Below, piece after piece: positions 25,894-33,884 of a stretch of DNA of 64,000 nt (positions within the stretch are counted from its first letter, which is position 1; the number at the start of each line of letters is the position of its first letter). A model generated the notes under the pieces. It ran no database searches, had not been told where the DNA came from, and was given only the letters and a program-made list of their open reading frames with translations. Both the position numbers and the translations under genes were made by a program. Location of the stretch: IMG/VR virus record IMGVR_UViG_3300045988_114702, one strand, 5' to 3'. The stretch is from a virus.

Positions 25894-27006
25894 ATGCCCT
25901 GCTATAAAGACGAAAAAACGGGAACTTGGTATTGCCAGTTTCGATATACTGATTTCACCGGAGCGCAGAAGCAGAAGCGCAAGCGCGGCTTCAAAACCCG
26001 CCGCGAAGCGCAGGAGTGGGAGCGGGAATTTCATCTGCAGAAAGCCAAAAGCTGTGATATGACACTTGCCAGCTTTGTGGAGTTATACTTCAACGACCGG
26101 GAGCATCATGTCCGTGGCACCACAATGGACACTAAGCGAAATATTTTTGACACCAAAATTGTTCCGCTTCTCGGAAACCGGAAAATGAACGAAATCACAG
26201 CCCTGGACATTCGAGACTGGCAACAGCGGGTCAAGGAGATGGGCGAAGCCACTGGTCTGCCTTATGCGGAAACGTATCTCTATACCATTCATGCACAGTT
26301 GACTGCCCTCTTTAACTATGCCCAGACATTCTACGGTCTGCAATTCAATCCGTGCGATGCAGCCGGCTACATGGGGTCCTCTATCGCCGGTGAAATGCTT
26401 ATCATCACAAAAGACCAGTACGAGATTTTACGAAAAGAATTTCGCAATGAGGCCTATCTTCTGGCATTTGATATTCTATTCTGGACAGGATGCCGTGAAG
26501 GTGAAATGTTGGCGCTGCTGCCGAAAGACCTGACTGATGATGACCAGTTGCGAATCTATAAAACTTATCACCGGAAAAAGGGTCAAGACATTCTCGGCCC
26601 CACCAAGAATAGCAAAAAGGGCGGCAACAGAAATGTGCCTATCCCCCATTGGCTGGCAGAAGAATTTCGTACCTACTGTTCTAAACTATACGGCCTGACC
26701 CCAGATGACCGGGTATTTTACATGACCTGTACAGCCCTCAACAAAGAATTGACCCGCTGCACCCAGATAACCTATCTGCCGGACATTCGTGTCCACGATC
26801 TTCGGCACAGCCACGTTTCTCTCTGTATCGAACTTGGGTACTCTATTGTTCTGGTGGCCAAGCGGATAGGGGATACTGTTCCTGTTGTCATGCGGACATA
26901 CGCCCATCTGTACCCCAATAAGCAGCAGGAACTCGTGTCAAGGCTGGAAACTCTCAGTACTTCCTCTTCCTCCAAGGATGAATCCGATTTGATGCCACTC
27001 GTCTAA
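25894..27006 (+). CDS. int: Tyrosine recombinase / phage integrase
   Basis: The N-terminus YKDEKTGTWYCQFRY... is an integrase arm-binding-type domain. The C-terminal HDLRHSH and RTYAHLY carry catalytic His/Tyr motifs. AGGAGG RBS. Confidence 0.85.
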   Translation: MPCYKDEKTGTWYCQFRYTDFTGAQKQKRKRGFKTRREAQEWEREFHLQKAKSCDMTLASFVELYFNDREHHVRGTTMDTKRNIFDTKIVPLLGNRKMNEITALDIRDWQQRVKEMGEATGLPYAETYLYTIHAQLTALFNYAQTFYGLQFNPCDAAGYMGSSIAGEMLIITKDQYEILRKEFRNEAYLLAFDILFWTGCREGEMLALLPKDLTDDDQLRIYKTYHRKKGQDILGPTKNSKKGGNRNVPIPHWLAEEFRTYCSKLYGLTPDDRVFYMTCTALNKELTRCTQITYLPDIRVHDLRHSHVSLCIELGYSIVLVAKRIGDTVPVVMRTYAHLYPNKQQELVSRLETLSTSSSSKDESDLMPLV

Positions 27007-27018
27007 GCCGAAAACGAA

Positions 27019-27380
27019 TGATGTCACAGCTCGTTTTTTGATGTCACGATGTCACAAAAGCCCCAGAAAGTTTCGATTTCTCGTTACTTTCCGGGGCTTT
27101 CAAATTATTCTCCGATAATAAACCGCGCTACCATTTCCGGCACATCCAGCAGGTGCTTTTTGCCACAGATGATGTCAAAATGATGTCAGAAGTCGATTTT
27201 TGCTCATTTTTCAATCGTAGACACGTTTATTTTTTAGATATTCCATTATTCGAGCTCGATTCCGGAAAGTAGGTTTTTGGTTACACCAAGTCCATTTTTC
27301 CGGTTTTGGCGTGCATAAATTCCGTTGCTTCCATTGTGTGTTTTTGAGTGCACAATGGATTGCTGTCAAATTGATGTCAC
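27019..27380 (+). promoter_or_regulatory. Putative attP region with six direct GATGTCA repeats
   Basis: GATGTCA at 27020, 27040, 27048, 27171, 27182 and 27373, all in the same orientation. Also CCATTGTG-N12-CACAATGG at 27331-27358. Confidence 0.45.
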
Positions 27381-27501
27381 GGGTCTTTGACTATCTATCA
27401 AGTGGTTCATTCAGGTGTTAGATACATTATTATAATACACCTGTTTGCAAGAAGCGTCAATGGGCATAGAAAAAGAGGACAGCTTTACGCTGTCCCCTCT
27501 C

Positions 27502-27774
27502 TCACTCGCCGTCTTTTCTTTGGCCTGTCACAGGCTTTTCAAAGCCGGTCCGGTTTCGCACCCTCGGCTCAGGATTCGGTTCCCGAACCAGTATCTCAGT
27601 CGGGCTGCAGTCCAGCGCTTCGCAGATGAGGTCTAAATGGTTCAGATTCATCCGCTCGGCGATTTCGTTGTAGTAGTCGCTGATTGTAGTGGGGCGAATG
27701 CCCGTGGCGCGTGCCAGATCTGCTTGCGTCCATTTCAGCTCGCCTAGCTTCTTGGACAGTAAAATTCTAATCAT
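27502..27774 (-). CDS. XRE-family HTH regulator (90 aa)
   Basis: LKWTQADLARATGIRPTTISDYYN is an XRE HTH. A TGTTAGA motif lies upstream at 27833-27839. Confidence 0.65.
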   Translation of the reverse strand: MIRILLSKKLGELKWTQADLARATGIRPTTISDYYNEIAERMNLNHLDLICEALDCSPTEILVREPNPEPRVRNRTGFEKPVTGQRKDGE

Positions 27775-27868
27775 ATTCTCGCTCGCTCCTTACAATAAAA
27801 GATAACTTTTTCCACTGGAAAAGTCAGGAAAATGTTAGATTATCACGAATCTTGTTATTTTTTATCGT

Positions 27869-27932
27869 AAAAAAGCAAAAAAACACCCCCGTTACCCACT
27901 TCGACTTATAGTCTGATGGGTAACGGGGGTGT
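27869..27932 (-). terminator. Strong rho-independent terminator ending the late/lysis operon
   Basis: Perfect 16-bp stem ACACCCCCGTTACCCA/TGGGTAACGGGGGTGT, followed on the minus strand by TTTTTTTGCTTTTT. Confidence 0.65.
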
Positions 27933-27934
27933 AA

Positions 27935-28327
27935 TCATTTGCTCCGAGTATTCAGGTCGGCAAGCTGGCGTTGGTCGGATTCCCTATATCGCTCATCCAC
28001 ACCTTCCAGATGTGCAAGGCTTCTTTTCAGTTCTCCATTCCAATAAATCTGACCCGTTTCGGTCTCCATTCGCTCAATGCCGGCACAAATGCAGGATAGC
28101 AGGTCAAATGTAGCCTTTCGGCTGTCCATCTGCAAAATATACCGTTCTCGGCGCCGCTCATCGTCCTTTTCGCGTTTCTTTGCGGCACGATCAGCAGCTC
28201 CCTTGATAAGGATTTGATTCACAGCAAAACTAATCGCTCCACCCAGAAGTGTTCCAAGAAAAGCAACTACCGCTAAAAGCCACGCCGGAACGGCGACAGT
28301 GACTGTTTCAGCTGTCTCTGCAAGCAC
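27935..28327 (-). CDS. Membrane-anchored coiled-coil protein (lysis-associated?)
   Basis: N-terminal TM (VAVPAWLLAVVAFLGTLLGGAISFAV) followed by a charged helical region. Last gene before the terminator. Confidence 0.45.
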   Translation of the reverse strand: MLAETAETVTVAVPAWLLAVVAFLGTLLGGAISFAVNQILIKGAADRAAKKREKDDERRRERYILQMDSRKATFDLLSCICAGIERMETETGQIYWNGELKRSLAHLEGVDERYRESDQRQLADLNTRSK

Positions 28328-28416
28328 CTACATCCTCCTTTCAGTCCTCCGGCTGTGTCAGCAATTCGATCCATCTCGTTACGGGAAGACGATCCAAGAG
28401 CCAATCCACAAGCCGC

Positions 28417-28725
28417 TTAAGCATTCTTCAGCACCTCCAGCCCAGACTTTGCAGCGTTAAACGATGTCTGGACTGCTTTGCGAATTAAGTCGTCCGTCAC
28501 AAGGAAGCGAATCGGTGCAGGCACCTTTTCGCGCAGCCAAGACACAACAACCGCAAGGCGCGCCTCGCCCAGTTTGGTACCAACGAACTCCTTCTCCGCT
28601 TTGGAGATAGCATCGATTGCCCACTCGATCAGAAGCGCCTTATAGCCGAAGCGAATCGCCACGACGGACAGAACTGCCATAATCAGAATCACGATACAGG
28701 CGGTAACAATATTCATAACGCTCAT
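28417..28725 (-). CDS. Holin-like protein (LL-H-type architecture)
   Basis: 102 aa with an N-terminal TM (NIVTACIVILIMAVLSVVAI) and an amphipathic tail. Immediately downstream of the endolysin. Confidence 0.5.
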   Translation of the reverse strand: MSVMNIVTACIVILIMAVLSVVAIRFGYKALLIEWAIDAISKAEKEFVGTKLGEARLAVVVSWLREKVPAPIRFLVTDDLIRKAVQTSFNAAKSGLEVLKNA

Positions 28726-28744
28726 AGATTATAACCCCTTTCTC

Positions 28745-29470
28745 TCAAAGCTGCTTAGCGAGAGCCGCCTTTGTCTTTGCTCCAGCAATGCCATCAACTG
28801 TCAGACCGTGAGCACTCTGGAACTCCTTGACTGTTTTTTCGGTATTCGCCCCGAAGATACCGTCCTTGTCGATTCCCAGTGCACCCTGCAGCACCGAATT
28901 GTACAAGCGCTGTGGGAAGCCGCTGGTGGACTTTTTCAGGTTGCTGGGTCCGAAAAGTTCTGCGACCCAGTTGGACGTGTATGCAGTAGAGCCTGCCACA
29001 TTCGGGATGCCTGCGTACTGATGCACCGATACATACCCAGTAGAAATATCGTTGATGCGAATTTCCCAATGCAGGTGACTTCCGGTGCTGTGGCCGGTGC
29101 TGCCCTCAACACCAATCAGATCTCCCGGTTTCAGCTTCTGCCCGACGGCCACGTTGATTTTGGACAGATGCCCAAAATACATATAGTAGGCAGTGCTGCC
29201 GATACGAACCACAACACGCTGGCCAAAACCTTTCTTCGGAAGCGTTGCACACTCCCATCCAGCACGAATAACCGTACCGTAAACCGGGCAATAGATGCTT
29301 TTGTCTCCAATGCCCACGAGATCATATCCTTGGTGATATGTACCGTTTGCTCGCAGGTTTCGGTATGCCTGCGACACTCTGAAAGTGCCCTTATACGGAG
29401 AAATCAAAAAATCCACCTCTATTCCAAACAAAAAAGCCGCGCTGACCATCAGCACGGCTTCTCTCAACAC
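28745..29470 (-). CDS. Endolysin: M23 peptidase plus PG_binding_1 domain
   Basis: M23 motifs HQGYDL and GSTGHSTGSHLHWEIR. The C-terminus reads GIFGANTEKTVKEFQSAHGLTVDGIAGAKT. Start uncertain (GTG 29470, ATG 29449, or a downstream TTG after GAGGTGGA). Confidence 0.75.
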   Translation of the reverse strand: MLREAVLMVSAAFLFGIEVDFLISPYKGTFRVSQAYRNLRANGTYHQGYDLVGIGDKSIYCPVYGTVIRAGWECATLPKKGFGQRVVVRIGSTAYYMYFGHLSKINVAVGQKLKPGDLIGVEGSTGHSTGSHLHWEIRINDISTGYVSVHQYAGIPNVAGSTAYTSNWVAELFGPSNLKKSTSGFPQRLYNSVLQGALGIDKDGIFGANTEKTVKEFQSAHGLTVDGIAGAKTKAALAKQL

Positions 29471-29635
29471 TTTATAGCATCGTATTCGGCTTGCAGGATT
29501 GCTCTCTGCTCACCATAATTTTCAGGCTCTTCTCCTGTTTCAGCTGAAATGTCCTCCCAGCAATCCAGAAGATGAACCGCCGATGCTAACAAAACTTCGA
29601 GCTTTTGTTCTCGGCTCAAATAAAAGCACCTTCCA

Positions 29636-29776
29636 TCAGGATTCCTTCGGTCGCGGACCGCAGATACGCAAGGCCTGCGCCTTGGTCAGCTCGCCCTCGT
29701 CAACCTTTTCCCACACGCCTGCAGCGGTGATCTTCTTCATGCGGTACATAGTGCGATAAAACTGTTCCTTGCCCAT
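29636..29776 (-). CDS. XkdX-like small protein (46 aa, not in ORF track)
   Basis: TAATG overlap with the upstream stop. MGKEQFYRTMYRMKKITAAGVWEKVDEGELTKAQALRICG resembles the XkdX family. Confidence 0.5.
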   Translation of the reverse strand: MGKEQFYRTMYRMKKITAAGVWEKVDEGELTKAQALRICGPRPKES

Positions 29777-30108
29777 TACAGCTCACCTCCCATAAACAGA
29801 GTTTCCAGCACGCTCACACGCTCTTCCAGAGAGGGCGCAGCTTCATCAGCGGTCGTCCATGCTTCTGCATAGACCCACCAATCATCAGCCGCCGCCGTGA
29901 TGCTTTCCACGGTTTCCTCTGCATAATCGGAACCCAACTTGCAAAGAGCCGTGGTGCACTCCCACGAAGTACCGCCCTGCTCTCCTTCGGGAGCCTCGGT
30001 TCGTACCTCATGAGCGTCCTTACGCAGGTACAGCCAAGCCGTACCGTCCGGCAGTTTTTCCAGCGTTACCGCCTGCGGATTATGGTCAAGGTTCTCGGTA
30101 AAAATCAT
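29776..30108 (-). CDS. Acidic hypothetical protein in the XkdW position
   Basis: 110 aa. Forms an ATGA overlap with the RT stop and is followed by the XkdX-like ORF. Confidence 0.45.
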   Translation of the reverse strand: MIFTENLDHNPQAVTLEKLPDGTAWLYLRKDAHEVRTEAPEGEQGGTSWECTTALCKLGSDYAEETVESITAAADDWWVYAEAWTTADEAAPSLEERVSVLETLFMGGEL

Positions 30109-31349
30109 GCTGCTATCCTCACTTTCTTCATTGCATTTCTTTGTGTCGTTACGCGGATTGCTACTTTTGCGGCCGTGAACAGCTTTTTCTGTTTTAGGGC
30201 TTCGCTGATTGCACGAGATTTTGTCCAGTCAAAATAGCCGTTATAGCTGACCAGCTTGTATGACCGCCAGACCGGCACATATCCATTTCGTGAAACATCA
30301 GCCTTGGCTCGAATGTACTGCCGCCGAGCCCTCAGAAAAATTCTGGGGCGTATCGTGGTGTAGGTACGGTGCATCACATAGCCAGCCATATCCAAACCCG
30401 GGCATCCTTTTGCCGCTCCCGTTAGGTGTCTGCGTTGATGCTCTTCAGCGGCGCTAAGAAAGTCCACACGAACCCACTCGTTTTTTATTGTCAATCCCAG
30501 TTCGGTCAGCGCCCACTTAGTCAATTTTCGGGCTGCACTCTGTATGTCAGCCCATCGTCGGCCAAACAAAACAAGGTCATCCATATAGCTACCGCTGCGG
30601 ATCACGAATCGCGTGGATGCTCCACGGCGAATCTTTGCATAACTCATGACCTTGACCAGCATATAGCTGGCAACAAGGTTAAAAAGCCACGCTTCAAGAT
30701 AGCCGCCGATAAGCAATCCCTCACCCGGAGCCATTGCTAAAAGACATTTGACAACAGCCAGAAGCCATGTTGCTCCCGGGATTTCTTTCTGCAGGATCTT
30801 CATCACAAGTTCCTGTTTTGTGTGGGCGTATGCCCCCTGCACATCCAGCTTTATTGCATACTGTATGCCAAGACTTTTTCTGCGAAGCCAACGCTCGACT
30901 TGACGCTTCAAAGCGATTTGTCCCTTGCCGGGAATACTGGCAAATTGATACGGCAACAGTTTTGCCTGAAGCAACGGGCGAAGTCCAAGTACCGCCAAAT
31001 GCCCAAAAGCTTGGTGCATTGGACAGCAGTTAGACAGTTCCCGCCGTTTCATGCTGATTCCATCAATTCTGTAGAACACGCTCACAGGGTCAAGATCAAG
31101 GTCGTCTGTTTCTCCGTCCAACAAATCTTCTATCCGTTGCTCCATTTCAAGAGCAATCCCATTTACGGCTTCTAAACGCGGGTTCCAGTCGTTTACGCGG
31201 GCGGCGCTCGATAGTTGTGCACGGCTTACACCTCCATATTTTTCCACCGTAGCGAGGTAATCCCGGCGGAACCATTTCTTATCAAAAGCTTCAAGGACAG
31301 CACGCTCGCACATTTCATGATTGAGCGACAAGTACCTCTTTGTTTTCAT
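30105..31349 (-). CDS. Reverse transcriptase (DGR-type by context)
   Basis: YMDDLVLFG catalytic box, and upstream RT motifs (RRELSNCCPMHQAFGHLA...ASIPGKG). ATG at 31349 follows GGAGG (the ORF is open to TTG at 31382). Confidence 0.85.
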   Translation of the reverse strand: MKTKRYLSLNHEMCERAVLEAFDKKWFRRDYLATVEKYGGVSRAQLSSAARVNDWNPRLEAVNGIALEMEQRIEDLLDGETDDLDLDPVSVFYRIDGISMKRRELSNCCPMHQAFGHLAVLGLRPLLQAKLLPYQFASIPGKGQIALKRQVERWLRRKSLGIQYAIKLDVQGAYAHTKQELVMKILQKEIPGATWLLAVVKCLLAMAPGEGLLIGGYLEAWLFNLVASYMLVKVMSYAKIRRGASTRFVIRSGSYMDDLVLFGRRWADIQSAARKLTKWALTELGLTIKNEWVRVDFLSAAEEHQRRHLTGAAKGCPGLDMAGYVMHRTYTTIRPRIFLRARRQYIRAKADVSRNGYVPVWRSYKLVSYNGYFDWTKSRAISEALKQKKLFTAAKVAIRVTTQRNAMKKVRIAA

Positions 31350-31592
31350 ATCCTTAAAGCCTCCAAACTTGCTGATGTTCAACGGATTTCGGTTGCCGTT
31401 TCAGGCCTTAAATCAGGCAAAACGGATTTCTACTACTCACCGCCACGCAGTCCCAAAAACTGCGGCCACGCTCTCACCAATGCGTCCGTATATCTCGAAA
31501 CGCTCAGCTACATGGTGTCGGTATAACATGATCTTAGTGGTCAAGCCACAGGCGCAATGAAACGCTTATGCCCTTTTGAGGGCTATTTATCA

Positions 31593-31742
31593 TCAGCATT
31601 CCGGGGCACGCCGTTCCAGCTCGAGTTCGCCGGGGAATTGTTGCCATTCGCGCAAGGCAGGCCGCAGTTAGCACCGTCATTCAGGTTGCCACCGCGCCAC
31701 GGGGCGTACAGACCCGCCGAACTGGGCGAAATAAACGCAGCC
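31593..31742 (-). repeat. DGR template repeat (TR)
   Basis: Non-coding copy of VR. 22 of its 24 coding-sense adenines differ in VR. The ORF-track entry 31583-31804 is its pseudo-translation. Confidence 0.85.
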
Positions 31743-31772
31743 ACACGCCGCTTCATTGCTCCATAAAATAAT

Positions 31773-31808
31773 CGGCTTGCGCCGATGGTAAACCATCGGC
31801 GCAAGCTG
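31773..31808 (-). terminator. GC-rich hairpin (14-bp perfect stem) with T-rich trail on the minus strand
   Basis: GCTTGCGCCGATGG-TAAA-CCATCGGCGCAAGC, followed on the minus strand by GATTATTTTAT. Confidence 0.5.
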
Positions 31809-31827
31809 GGAAACGTGAACAGGGATT

Positions 31828-31863
31828 AGGGGGTTACACCCCCTCTATGTGCCTACGGCACAT
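31828..31863 (-). promoter_or_regulatory. Two tandem 7-bp hairpins with identical triloops just 3' of the VR gene stop
   Basis: AGGGGGT-TAC-ACCCCCT (31828-31844) and ATGTGCC-TAC-GGCACAT (31847-31863). Confidence 0.45.
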
Positions 31864-31865
31864 AT

Positions 31866-33593
31866 TCACCCTCTCTTTTTGCCCGAGCCAGCAAGCCGGG
31901 GCACGCCGCACCAGCCCGAGAACGCCGGGGAAACGCCGCCAAACGCGCAAGGCAGGCCGCAGCAAGCACCGCCATACAGGTAGCCACCGCACCAAGGGGC
32001 GCACAGACCCGCCGAACCGGGCGAAACAAACGCAGCCCGTACATAGGTGGAACCGCTGCCATTGAACTTTTCATACATCATGGCTTCCGTACCCAACTTG
32101 CCCAGCTTACGGATATAGTGCCACGACCAAGTCGCCTTGTCGTTCAGGTCGAAGGAGCCGGTCTGGGCATAGTCCGAGGAGATAGAACCAACCTGCTTCT
32201 CACCGCTCTTGCAGGAGAACACGTCATAGTGCCAGTGGTCATCGTCCACGATGCTGGCTTTCCACAGAGGGTCAAGCTGTTCCGTATAAGCGCCGATCTG
32301 CATCTCGATGCCGGCCACACGGTACGGATATTTTCCGTTCGTCAGATTACCCCGACATCCATCGCTATGTCCCTGCACGCCCTCTGTTGTGCCGGACTCC
32401 CACGGCATAGTAGATACCAGCATCGTGGTCGTAGTGTCGATAGGAGAATCCAACTCAAGGTTCAGAGCCACATACTCGGTCTCGCTCACGGTCACATTGG
32501 TAATGCTGGAAATCTTGGCCCAGTTGAAAATATTGTGATTATAGTCCGTGTTGCGGTCCGTTCCCGTATTCTCGCCACGCTCACCCATGCAAACAGCAGA
32601 GCCCACAAGGAAATTTGCCCCCTGCGCTTTCGTCACGAGCACTCGCTTTACTCCCGTTTCCGCCACAGCAGGGCTGTACTGGTAATTATAGACAGTGCAG
32701 CCCTCCAGCTTGCCGCTGTTGCTCAGCGTCCAATGGCGCAGCCGCCACTGCGCCAGAACATACTGCTGGTCGCAGTCAGTCCACAGGGCATCATAAGCGG
32801 TGATTTTACGAGCCAGAGGGATAGCAGCGTTGGCGCTTGTCCACGGCATCGGGGGCAGTCCAGCACCGCTGGTCATTCCACCCTTGGAATTTTTGCCGCC
32901 AAGGAAAGCCGGGTGCCATGTCAGCCAGCGGCGACTCTTATCAGGGGCCACATCGCCAGCCATAGGATCATAGCCGCCGCCCTCGAAGGTGCGGAAAGAG
33001 TTATACAGGTATGCGCCATCCTCCCACTCCTTCAGCATCAAGGACAGAGCGAAGCAGTAAACGGGTGCGGTTTCGCCGGAAAGATCAAACCCGGTTTCAC
33101 CCTCAACTGCCAGCACGTTCATCGTGCCATCTTCCAAGGACAGCGCATTGGCGCGAATGTACCATGTGAAAGGATCCTCTTCCGACCAGTCTGCGGTTTC
33201 CGGGCTGGTGTCAGTCAGAAGCGGAGCCGCTTCACGCCCGTCTGCCAGATCATCCAGCGGGGTGCCGGTGTAATCACCACTCACATCATCACTGTAGAAG
33301 CGAACGGTGTAGGTTTTGCTGCGAGCGCTCTCTGCGAGCATTTTCGCAAAGCGTTCCAGGCGCTGATACTTCGTCACGCCATCACCGGCAGACAGCGGCC
33401 ACCAGCTCCAGAAGATTTCTGTGGTATTTTTGCCATCCAGCAGACCGCGGAATGTTGCATCCACGAATTCTGCGCCGGCAGTACCGGCAGCAATGCCTGC
33501 CAAAATGTCATTTTGGCGTTTCATCTGAGCGGCCAGTTCCAGACCGGTTTCATCGCTCATAGGATGATTGATAAGTTCCCATGTGTCACCCAT
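31866..33593 (-). CDS. DGR target protein (putative receptor-binding fibre protein with variable C-terminus)
   Basis: 575 aa located in the fibre locus. The last about 50 codons are the VR (...CAPWCGGYLYGGACCGLPCAFGGVSPAFSGWCGVPRL...). Confidence 0.8.
   Translation of the reverse strand: MGDTWELINHPMSDETGLELAAQMKRQNDILAGIAAGTAGAEFVDATFRGLLDGKNTTEIFWSWWPLSAGDGVTKYQRLERFAKMLAESARSKTYTVRFYSDDVSGDYTGTPLDDLADGREAAPLLTDTSPETADWSEEDPFTWYIRANALSLEDGTMNVLAVEGETGFDLSGETAPVYCFALSLMLKEWEDGAYLYNSFRTFEGGGYDPMAGDVAPDKSRRWLTWHPAFLGGKNSKGGMTSGAGLPPMPWTSANAAIPLARKITAYDALWTDCDQQYVLAQWRLRHWTLSNSGKLEGCTVYNYQYSPAVAETGVKRVLVTKAQGANFLVGSAVCMGERGENTGTDRNTDYNHNIFNWAKISSITNVTVSETEYVALNLELDSPIDTTTTMLVSTMPWESGTTEGVQGHSDGCRGNLTNGKYPYRVAGIEMQIGAYTEQLDPLWKASIVDDDHWHYDVFSCKSGEKQVGSISSDYAQTGSFDLNDKATWSWHYIRKLGKLGTEAMMYEKFNGSGSTYVRAAFVSPGSAGLCAPWCGGYLYGGACCGLPCAFGGVSPAFSGWCGVPRLAGSGKKRG
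31888..32037 (-). repeat. DGR variable repeat (VR)
   Basis: Aligns to TR at an offset of 295 nt. There are 24 mismatches, 22 of them at TR adenines. Confidence 0.85.
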
Positions 33594-33608
33594 TTCTTAT
33601 ACCCCCTT

Positions 33609-33872
33609 TTAGGTGCTTTTCTTGATGAAAAACGACAGTCGGCCGCTCTCGTCCGGGCCAAGTGCATAGCTTGCAGAAGCAGCGCTTGCCGCAGCCTGCT
33701 GGGCCGCAGCTGTCGTCTTGTTCAACAGATCCTTCGATGTCTCGGCAGCGGCCTTGCTGGTCTCTGCACTATCTTTCGCCGCATCCGCAACAGCTTTTGT
33801 CTGACTATACAGTTCATCCAATTTTGCTGCTGATTTCCTGCGAGCGATTGCGTAGGTCAAAATATCAATCAT
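33609..33872 (-). CDS. Small Ala/Ser-rich fibre-associated protein
   Basis: 87 aa. The C-terminus YALGPDESGRLSFFIKKST is shared with 34139-34726. Confidence 0.45.
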   Translation of the reverse strand: MIDILTYAIARRKSAAKLDELYSQTKAVADAAKDSAETSKAAAETSKDLLNKTTAAAQQAAASAASASYALGPDESGRLSFFIKKST

Positions 33873-33884
33873 ACGCCACCATCC

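Larger units (their letters stand above)
30105..32037 (-). mobile_element. Diversity-generating retroelement core (VR, TR, spacer, RT)
   Basis: 150-nt TR/VR pair with adenine-specific mismatches, next to an RT ORF. Confidence 0.85.

Noticed and set aside
29776-30108. Candidate Avd accessory protein of the DGR
   Set aside because: It is acidic rather than basic and has no four-helix-bundle character by eye. It is followed by an XkdX-like ORF, so it fits the XkdW/XkdX tail pair better.
30105-31349. Retron or group II intron reverse transcriptase
   Set aside because: No intron RNA domains, maturase or endonuclease extension, or msr/msd-type flanking repeats were noticed. The adjacent TR/VR pair with adenine-specific mismatches explains the RT.
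31583-31804. 73-aa minus-strand ORF
   Set aside because: It is the pseudo-translation of the DGR template repeat (the Asn-rich copy of the VR peptide). It has no RBS, and TRs are non-coding.
32118-33833. 571-aa plus-strand ORF
   Set aside because: It is antisense to the DGR target gene and neighbours. Its composition is low-complexity and Arg/Ala/Gly-rich, it has no RBS, and the minus-strand genes have coherent operon structure. It is a shadow ORF.
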